From Thalia democratica (taxonomy: Eukaryota), in the NCBI GenBank assembly GCA_965202585.1, contig CBDBBG010000079.1:1-64000 (forward strand): a stretch of 64,000 bases of DNA, given 5' to 3'. Of this stretch, positions 50,429 to 60,936 are shown in pieces. The stretch's first letter is position 1. Each line of letters begins with the position of its first letter. Made by a program: the position numbers and the translations under genes. Below the pieces are notes generated by a model. It had not been told where the DNA came from. It was given only the letters and a program-made list of their open reading frames with translations, and did not search any database.

Positions 50429-50737
50429 TCAAAGAATAACATTAATTTTCGGATATTTAACGGAATGATATTTACAATACAGATGGTAATACCAGAAACT
50501 AATTTCCTCCGACCATTCTAATTTATCCGGATCGAAAACAACATACTCATAATCGCCAACAAACGCTATTATCTTGCCGCCCATCGTCAAACATTGAAAG
50601 TTGGTAAAGTTTTCCCGAACGGGCGGAGCTTGAAGAAAAGCAAACTTCCCGCTGTATAAATCAAAAACCTCGCAACTTTCCGCTCCACTGATCACGTACA
50701 TTTTGCGCCCGATGCTCACCGAGGCGTGACCGCTTTT
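50429..50737 (-). pseudogene. C-terminal BTB-Kelch fragment (last two blades, 102 open codons)
   Basis: KSGHASVSIGRKMYVISGAESCEVFD...YHSVKYPKINVIL*; homology to the gene stops at 50738, where intergenic sequence begins. Confidence 0.85.
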
Positions 50738-53700
50738 CTAACATTATGTACCAATTTATTTTTGAAAGACAAAAAAAAATTCTGAGATTTTGTAACAAAT
50801 TCGTAAAATATAGTTCTTAAAAAATTTACTTTATAAACCTTGTGATAAAATTAAACAGTTAACAATTTCCGCTAAAAAAAAACTTGTAAAGTTTCTGTTA
50901 GGAACTTGTTATATTTAGCTTATTTAAAAGTTCATTCCTTGCTCTGTCTTACAATTAAGTAAAAAGACCATTTTCTACAAAAATATTCATTTTGATAGAA
51001 ATATCTTAAATTCTTAACATAGTTTTTAAAACTTGAGAGAGTATATCAAAAGTTTTAGAAATAGTAAGTATTATTTTTTAAACAAAAGTTTTATTTTTTA
51101 TTTATTTTAGTAGTTTAATATTGTTTCATTCTTTGTGCAACATTAAAGTTCAAAACTTATCTAATTAAGTTTTGTAAACTATCAGATAATTTTAAACTAT
51201 TGAAGTCAAATTTGTTTTCCTTAATTTATAAACTTAAGTTGATACTCTTTTAGTATGAATGATACAAATCTGTTGAAACTAACTAGGTGTATTTATAGAC
51301 GTAATTTCAATTCTATTTAAAAAAATTAAGCTCATGAAAAAATTAAATTTAAATATCTATAGCCTAAACCAGTAGTCGATAAAGTGTACATCGGTGCACA
51401 CTAGTGTACACAGAATTTTTTTGTGGGGTGCAGGAAATTTGTAGGTTGCATGAAATTATTAGGATAAACATAAAAACAAAAATTAAATTTTTACATTTTT
51501 ACATTTATTTATTTCAAGCAACAAACTTAAATATTTTAGTTATATTCAGCCTTGGTGTTTAATTTGGATTTTCATAATTGGCTATGTTAATCATAAGATT
51601 ACTTGAGGCTAAAACTCAACTGTCATTTAAGTAATTATCTTCAAGTAAAGAAAATGTAGATGCTCACATTTATTGTCCATAGTTGATATGGAGAAAGTTT
51701 TGTCCTTCATCAACCTACAATCATGATAGGAAATTAAATGAATTAAATTTTAAAGCTTAATATTTTATTGTTTTAAGTAACTATTTTAAATTACAATACT
51801 TAATAAATCAATTTTACTTTATTTAAACAAAATTAACTAGTATTTTACAATTTTTATACTAAATAACTGTTATTCCATAATACTGAAAATAGTTTCTTTA
51901 ATAATTTAACTTAATAATAAGTGTTATACTTACAATAAAGAACAAAATATTTAAAATAAAAGAAAAATAAATGTTTTAAAATCTTCTTAAGTACATAAAT
52001 TCTTCTCTATAAATACATATTAATAACATATTATTTAAAGTAACAAATTTTATTTCAAACAATAGAAGTTATTTATATTTATATATTTTCTTATTATTTA
52101 TTATTAATTTATTAGTACATTTATATGGAAATAGAATTTAAATAGTACTTATAAAAGTTATAAAAATTACAGTCTTAGATTAATACAGAGTTGCCACACA
52201 CTAAGGATACTTGGAAATTTAAAAAAGTTTTGTGAGGATTAAGGCTGTTTTGGATTTTTCTGAAGTTTTATGTAAATCTTATGCTAGTTAGTAAGTATTT
52301 TTTAAAATAAAGTTTTAGCTAGGAGAATTCACTAGTTTTTAATATGAATAATTATCTACAATTTCTTGTTTAATTGGTTTTTTTGAAAATCTTAAGGCAT
52401 TTGTTCTTAATTAACTGTACATTTCTTAGTTTTTGAACTTATGTTTACTATTTTCTTTTTTTTTCCAAATGTCAGGATAATCTCAATCTAATTTGATGAA
52501 ACATTTGCTGTTTTTTTATTCAGATTAATATTTATACTCTTAAAAGTAGTAACTCTGTTAGTAATCAAATAATATCCAGTTTAGGTTTTAGTATGAATCA
52601 GGGATGCCACACACTCATACCAGTAAAAATTTCCTTAAAAATACAATTTTACTAAGGATGTCTTTTTTTATTTACAAAACTTTAGCTAGTTCCTCCGAAT
52701 GCTTTTATGATTCAGTTTTTTCTTTGAAAAGTGTTTTTTAATATTATATCTTACTCTTCATATTGTAATAATGATAATTTGAGATATTAAGGATTAATTA
52801 GGTTTATACTTTTTTTACTTTTTGCCTTTCTCTTTTTCATAAACTTAAGATTACCCAGACTAGTTTGATGTAACTCATGCTTGGTTGCCATACACTAAAG
52901 ATAAGTAAAGCTAGTTGAAATAATTTTTTGAAGTTTTGATGATAAATTGTAATGATGCTATAGTTTTGGCTAAGTTAGACTAGTTTGAAATTTAAAAAAA
53001 AAACTTCAGCCAGATTAATTTTTTTAATAGAAATCTCAGAACTATTTCAAATTGTTAGGAAATTTTAGTCAAAAGTTTATCCAGAATCAAGATCTTAAAT
53101 GCGATTTGTTTGTTTTAGTTTTAATATTCTTATAACTTTTAGTCAGTTTAGTTTGAAAACTGATCTTTAAAAGCTCATCTAACTTTAAAGTTAAATATCT
53201 AAGAAAAAATCAAAAGATTTAAAAAACTCAAGATGGCTCAGGGAAGTTTTAAGTCATTAAGTTTTTTTTTTATATGACAAGTGGCAACCCTGCTAAAGTT
53301 GTTATTGGTTACTCAGACTAATTTGTTTTGGTTTTAAGAAAGCCATAACTTTTATCTATATTGCTTATAAAAATTCATAAACTATTTTGAATTTAACTAA
53401 AACTAAAAACTAAGAATTATTCTTTATTACTATAATATTTAAATTTTTTACTTTTTTAACTTTATAATATATGAACTCAAAATAATAATTGTTAAATATT
53501 TATATTTTGCATAAGTTCTTGAAATTGACTTAAGAATAGTTTTCAGTTTTGTATTATAATGATAAATAATTTTAAAAATAACAAATAAAATTTCTATATC
53601 CTGTGAAATATGAAATTATGTTTTAGAGTTTTAGTTAATGTTTGTTTTAAAATAAACAAAGCTATTTTTTGTTTCAAGTGTTTCAAAAATTTGATAGTTC

Positions 53701-55251
53701 TTTAAATTTTTTTAATAACCTAAACACTTGAAAGAAAGACTTATAGCTTTTATTCATTTTAAGTATTTAAGTGAATTTTTATTCAGTAGTTTGAATAATG
53801 TAAGTTAGTTGAGGTATTTGAGATTCAAATCAAACCTTAGACTGTTAAGGACTTTTTAGTAATAAGGTTAAGTTTAATTTTTTTTCTAAATTTTAATGCT
53901 AGTTTTTTCAAATTTAAAACCTTTTGAGCCTTAATAATAATATTTTCAGGCATATTAGAAATGTTTTTGTTAATTTATAAAGAGCTCAGGATAGTTTAAG
54001 AATTTCTGAAAATCTCAGTACTTTTTTCAAGTATTTAAATGATATAAGGTTGATTAAGGTTAAACTTTCGTTTATATATAACTAGTATTTTTAAAAAGCT
54101 GGATTTTTAATGATTTTAATTTTTTGTTTAGGGTTGAAGGGACTCAGGGCAGTTGTAGTCACTCAAAAGAGTTTATTTTTAACCCAAAGAAGTGGCAACA
54201 GTATACATTCAGTTATAAACTCAAAACAAAGTCATTTAAAACTAACTTATAACAATTATTTTTTTTTATTTTCATGTCTGAAATAACTTAATTAACAAAA
54301 TTGTTTAAAATAAAGAAGTGATAATCTTTAACAACCTTGAACTTAATGAAGTAAAAAATTTAGTACATGAAATGAACAATAACAGCTTCAAGTAATATTT
54401 TATATAGAGCAACAATATACATACTTGAAAATTAACTGAACTTTGTTTGTTCTTTCTTTTTTGTTCAACATCTATGTTAAATACAGAAAATAATAATAAA
54501 ATAATGTTAAAGTTAATTGAAAATTTAATGTATGTGTTTAGTTCTTAATAAAACATTTGAGAGTACTAGGTGTTAATTAGGGTGAGTAGAAATGTGTTTA
54601 TTTAAATTTGTAAAAGGAAATCCATATTAATACTGTAGAAATAGAAGTGCATTAATAAAGAGGACTCTGCATGATAAAATTGTTATAAATTTCAGCTTCA
54701 TTTGATATAAGGCTTTCAAATAGTATTAGTTTGATATAGTTGATATGGCTGTCAGCTTTCAGTTGATGTAGTTTGATTACATGATTAAAGTTTAGTTAAT
54801 TGTTTCTAAGCGTAAAAACGTATTTTAAAATCAATTAAAAGTGTTTTCGTATTCCTGCCACTAGAGGCTCTCTTAAATTAGATTTTTGGGTGCACATAAT
54901 TTTTATTTGCAATTCAGTGTTTACAGGTTTCTATTAGCTTGATGGTTTAGGCTATGAGTAAATAAAATAAATTAATTTTTATTTTTACATCATAGGTCGT
55001 TAAGCTAATAAATATAATTTCTACTTTCAATATTTGTTATTTGTTAAACATACAACATGAAAATTTACAAATGACTTAAAACTAACTTATTATCAACAGC
55101 AACCTAAAATAAATATATGAATTGTCAGTTGTCGTCAAGCTAATCAATACAATTTTTACTTGTATTTTTTATAAAACATCATATATACAGTTTTACAAAT
55201 GATATTAAAACTAACTTATTATCGACAGTGAACTAAAATAAATATATAAAA

Positions 55252-55993
55252 ATGTCAACTTTTGAAAACACAACTGGCAACATTAATGCCTCGAGCGGTA
55301 CTAGTGTTGGAGAGATAAGACCAACGAACTCTGAGAACCGTGAACTTTGTGAAGAGTTTCTCAGGAACTTCGATGAAAACAAAAATTCCGAAGACGAAAA
55401 TGTTCTGAAAAGTTTCAAAAGAAATGCAGTTTTGTCTTTTGATGAAAGTGAATTAAAAACCTTCTCTAAATATTTTTACATACGTAAGAACTTTTTTTTA
55501 TTTCGCTCTTAAGTTTCTTGATGTTTATTTAATAATTATAAGAAAGATATTCAATTATTAGCACGCATCTCTAACTAGTTTTATTAATGTATGTTTAATT
55601 TATTTGAACAATAAAAAATTAAATTAACTAAAATTTTCTAGGAAATAGGAAGCTAATCAAAGAAAATATTTTTAAACTTAACAAAGTGGCAAAACTCTTC
55701 AATTTCGTCAACGCCAAGCAACATTTGCTCGACTTGTTGAAGATTGACCTGAACATTGATAACGTTTGTTTCTACCATCAGTTTTCCAACATTGCCAACA
55801 ACAAACAAATTCAAAAGTGCACTTTCGACTTCATAACAAGGTGGTTCTGCTACTTAGCCGAGAATAAAATGTTGGACGGTTTGAGCTTTGATCTCCTTGT
55901 GAGGATCTTGTCCAGTTCAAATTTGAATATAACCTCGGAACTTGAGGTAGCAAAAGCTGTGAACAGTTGGATAGAACACGATCCAAAATCAAG
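55252..55993 (+). CDS. BTB-BACK-Kelch copy 6, partial (exons 55252-55483 and 55642-gap)
   Basis: Phase-1 intron 55484-55641; frame open to the N gap; N-terminus closest to copy 4 (INAS, LLDLLKID). Confidence 0.8.
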
Positions 55994-56093
55994 NNNNNNN
56001 NNNNNNNNNNNNNNNNNNNNNNNNNNNNNNNNNNNNNNNNNNNNNNNNNNNNNNNNNNNNNNNNNNNNNNNNNNNNNNNNNNNNNNNNNNNNN
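55994..56093. other. Assembly gap (100 N), likely hiding ~2 kb
   Basis: Left edge corresponds to ~2455 and right edge to ~3985 of the duplicated segment. Confidence 0.95.
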
Positions 56094-56694
56094 AAATTTT
56101 AGAACAATACCAAATAATTTTAAAAAAACATAAATGTTAAAAACGTTCGGGAATCTGTTTAATTACATCTCTAATTTTAACTGCTGTTATTATAAAATTA
56201 GCAAAAATATGCTTAACTCAAATGTATTTTTTACAATAACCTTATTATAGCAAAACTTTAGTAAATAGTATTGTACATTTTTGAAGTAAAATTTAGCTTT
56301 TCAATTTGATACAGTGAATAATGATTATTTATTCAAATATAATAGAATTTGTAAACTTTATGTAACTTTGTAAATAGTATTATTTCAAAAAGCTCTCAAA
56401 AGTTATAAATTCATTATGACATCACACATAAATTCTATTTTTATCTCAGTTTCCGTTTTTCCAAGTGTAACACCAGCAAATTACAAAACTTTAGCTCATT
56501 TTGATTTCTTTTTAGTTTTTTATTTAAATATTTATCAAAATATTGTAGCATGTTATGTTTCTGCTTTATAAACGTTTTTAGTAAACAATCTACATTTTTA
56601 TTCAGGAGTCGTAAAAATTATTTTTCAAAATACGCCCCTGATGTAAAATGAAATACCTAACAGTTTATAAGACTATGGAATCTTTGATGTAATA

Positions 56695-57058
56695 TAGGGT
56701 GTTCAAAACTTTTTGTGAAGACTCCCTTAAAGAAGCCAAAAAGCAATGGCCCCCTTCAACATATTATTTCAAAATACTTATGTTGAATACACCTAACATC
56801 TTTGTTGGATGTTCATCATCAACTCTAGAATATATAAAGTAAGCTTTAAATTATGTCCTTGTGGCTCCTCTTTTACAGCTTACGAACCTCTAACTTACTA
56901 AAGTTTTACCAAAATATTTAGTATAAGTTACAAAACTACTCTTAAACACGCCAAGATCTACTTTTGCTTTCTTCCACCAAACTCAGAATAACTAGTGTAA
57001 GTTTCAAAATATTGCCCCCTTTGAGCTTATAGTCCCCTAAATTCTCTGGGAAACCCTG
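56695..57058. mobile_element. hAT-like MITE (paralog of 4589-4942)
   Basis: tagggtgttcaaaac ... tgggaaaccctg; flanks atgtaata / atctaaga. Confidence 0.55.
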
Positions 57059-57733
57059 ATCTAAGAGTTACATTACTGAAAGAACAATACCAAAAAGTTT
57101 AATGAGGGTATTATTTTAAACATGACTCTAAAGAAAGCTTATACTTATGGTTTCTAATTTGTGCAGTTGGTTTCTTCATTGGCAATTTATTTATTTATTT
57201 ATAAAAGTTATACGTTTCACTAGTCTGTTGATTAAATATTAGCATGTTTTATATTTGAATTTTTGTAGAAAACTGGTATTCAGAGGTAATAAATTATATT
57301 TAATTATTGTATTTTACAGCTTAAATTAAAAGTTGCAATTGATTTAGAATAGATAGGTTCGGTATAATTTTATAACTTTTCCTCTTTTAATGTTGACACT
57401 AGTAGATGAAACTAGCTATAAATACTTTGGAAAACAAAAAACTTTTACTTAAAATTTAGTTTGTTTAAAAATGCGGTAACGTTTTAAATATTTTTATTTC
57501 AAAAGTAAAACAGGAATTGATAAAACTAGTTATTATTGATATGTATTCTCAAAAAGTTATTGAAAATGACTAATTCAATAGTTACAAAAAAAGTTTAGTT
57601 ATTTTATGCTAGAGATGTTAACAATATATTTTATTATAAATTCTGAAATTGAGTTAATAAAATTTCTCTAAAAATTTACTTGTATTACTTACTAATAAAA
57701 AGAACTGAGTAAAAATAAAAATTGATAAATATT

Positions 57734-58609
57734 CAGGGTTCGTGTGCGATTTTTTTTTTTCATTTAGCCTGACTGAGACCAATTTAGCCTGACATTTTTT
57801 CAAAGTAAGGAAAATACCCTTTAGAAGTCATTTGAGGTATTGGGAATCTGATTAGTACTGTGGTAGTCTCCTACTTTAACCAGCTTTAGATCAAAACTTT
57901 AAAAACTTTTTTGAACTTTAATAATCTGCAAAAAGAACCTCATAGCGTAGTTACAAGTCAATAAAATAAGACTAAATTGTGAAAAAGGTGATTGACTCCC
58001 CTTTGCCCTTAACATAACAAATTCAGTGATAATTTTTCAAAAAAGTGTTATATCTAATCTACTACTAGTGTAAAAATTTAATATATACTACTAAACACAA
58101 TTGTTCAATTTAATTAAGCACTTAGTTAAAACATTACAACCAGAAGATTTATAATAAAACGACGTGCATTTTTGTGTTTTATTAAAATTTAAAATGAAAC
58201 GGTTACAAGAGTATTAAAATTCAAACATACAGCTAAGTTTTTGAACTAAACTGTAATATTTAAAATGTATTTTTTTAATGAATTTTCAAAATTATGTTAT
58301 ATATAACTTACTCAAAACCAAATAATGAAGATTCTTAAAAACTTTATAGAGATCCAACAAAAATTTTCAAGCATTTATTTTTACAAATACTGACTGATTT
58401 TGTTTTTAATAACTAATTACTAAATTCACATCTCAATTTTATCTTTTAAAAGATTTCTCGATTTTTTTATAATTAAAATTTTCAAGCATTTGAACTCAGA
58501 AAAACTGAGATTGTTAAACTTTTACATAAAAAAACTGATTTAGCCTGACGTTTTTCAACTTTTTTCAAAAAAACTGATTTAGCCTGACTTAGGACGCGCA
58601 CGAACCCTG
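57734..58609. mobile_element. Non-autonomous TIR element (paralog of 5620-6487)
   Basis: cagggttcgtgtgcg ... cgcgcacgaaccctg flanked by aatatt. Confidence 0.6.
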
Positions 58610-59616
58610 AATATTAAAAAATAATTTATATAACTTACAGGTTAAAAAAAATTTAAAACTCATAGTTTACATTAAATTGTACTGTTAACGTTATAATAAA
58701 AATAAATATAATATACAGCTGTAAGAGGTTTATTGATTATTCGAATACAAAAAAAAACATTAAAAATAAAAACATGCAAAAAAAAAACACCAGCAAATAA
58801 TAACACGATACAAGAAAAATAAAAAAATTGTAAACTGTCTAAAATGTTCAATAAGATATGATTTAAAACAATTTGCTTCCAAAGGACTTTTTATCAAAAT
58901 TGGACCTAATTGAAATTTTATGCTGAAAATAGTTTTATTTGTTTAACAAAAACTTATATTCGTATTAAGTTCATTTTGGCAAAAAAAAAATATTCAGTCC
59001 AAAATTACATACAAAATTTTATACGTAAAACTCGCATTAATAAGTATTTGTTTTCATATTTTGTAGTTTACTAAAAAGTTTCAGTCAATGAAAAAAAAAA
59101 AAACAAAAAAAGTTCAATAAAAGAGGTTAATTAAAGGCGTTTTGAAAGCACCCAAATAAAAAAATTAAAAGTGAAAATCAATTAAATTTAAAATCATGCT
59201 AAAATTAGTCAATAATTTCGTGGTAAAAATAATAAAAAAGTGTTGCTTCTTTTTTTTACTTGCATTTTACTTTTTTTAATGTTAACGTGCGCAAAAACAG
59301 GCTGAAATTTTATACTTTTTTTTAAGTTTTTTGCTTTTTTTCAAGAATATGTTTTCATAAACATTTCAATAAATACGAATCAAGCGATTAACAACTTCTA
59401 CGCTCTCATTCATCTTTACCCATGAGTTTTTCTTTACTTTTAATGACGAAGTAAATCATGAGTGTTTTTTGTGATTATGACGTCATGAACAAACTCACGT
59501 CACAATCAGAATATTTCTGCGAAGCAAGAAAAACTTGTGTTTTAGTCACATACTATAAAATCCTAGTAGCTGTTTTACATAGCGACGTCAAAATTACACA
59601 ACTATGACATCATTTA

Positions 59617-59847
59617 TTATGAGGTCACTCGAAATCGTACACCAGTATTTTGGTGTCTTCAGACTGGTGAATTGATATTATGACGTCACTCGAAATCGTA
59701 CACCAGTATTTTGGTGTCTTCAGACTGGTGAAAAGGTATTATGAAGTCACTCGAAATCGTACACCAGTATTTTGGTGTCTTCAGACTTGTGAAAAGGTAT
59801 TATGACGTCACTCGAAATCGTACACCAGTATTTTGGTGTCTTCAGTT
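59617..59847. repeat. 61-bp minisatellite, 4 units, at the FBXW7-B stop codon
   Basis: Units start at 59617, 59678, 59739, 59800. Confidence 0.95.
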
Positions 59848-60891
59848 TGGTACCTGCTGCCCACCGCGCAAACCAGCTTGGAGGAGGAAGCGGAAATCCT
59901 CCAAACGACTCCTCCGCTGCCTCGGGATTCCAACTCGACTACGTTTCTTATCACCTGAAAAAAAATATTCAATTATTATTAACATAATCAGGATTGCCAG
60001 CATTTTTTTTTGAGAATTTTTTTCACAGGTTTTCGAAAGTACACGTTTTAGGGTCGAAGTTTAGTTTAAAAACCGTGTTAAGTAGTATTTCAACATGAAA
60101 AGATACTGTAAAATTAAATTAAGTTTGTTTTTTAATAAAAGTAAAATTTATTATAACTTGTTTTTCCATATGATGATATTTTTTCTGTATATTATCTAAA
60201 TATACATGTGAATACTCTTTAAAGTTCTAGATTTATTTTAATTTTTCTCAAACACCAGGTTTTTTGGTAACCCTGTTACAAAATATTATCGTTGGATATT
60301 TACAATAAAATAACAAATATAATTACTTGTCCGGTTTTAGCGTCCCACAATTTAACAGTTCCGTCATCAGATGACGTAACAACGAATTTTCCGTGAAGTT
60401 GTAGTGACGTCACTGCCGATTCGTGTTTGCTGTCTCCTGTTAGAATACTTAATTTATATATATATATATATAAAGGTTTATTTAAAGATGCAAAACTCAA
60501 AGGACTCAAGTTTCGTGACTATTCACTCATCAGCTTTAAAACAAGTTTAAAATAAAGCACAAAAAAAAATCACTAATGAAAGTAAAAAATTTTTTGCATA
60601 AATAGATTATGACGTAATTTTGAAACTATTAATATTCATGCAAAACGGCTTGTGCAAAAATTAATCTACAAACAGACAATAAACTAGCAAAAATTTATAT
60701 AACTTCAGTGAGTAACTATATATTAGGACAGATAATTGTGCTTTATTTTAAACTTGTTTTAAAGCTGATGAGTGAATAGTCACGAAACTCGAGTCCTTTG
60801 AGTTTTGCATCTTTAAATAAACCTTTTTATTAATAAAGCCCTCAAGGTGGGCTCAGTGTGAAAAATTTGATTTATTAAGTTAAATAACTTA

Positions 60892-60936
<45 letters not shown>

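Larger units (their letters stand above)
60472..60826. mobile_element. Intronic insertion with 91-bp inverted arms, each containing a hammerhead ribozyme (Penelope-like inverted pLTR or retrozyme-like)
   Basis: Arms 60472-60562 and 60736-60826 differ at one base; 173-bp spacer; starts at a (TA)9 tract; absent from the copy A intron. Confidence 0.85.
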
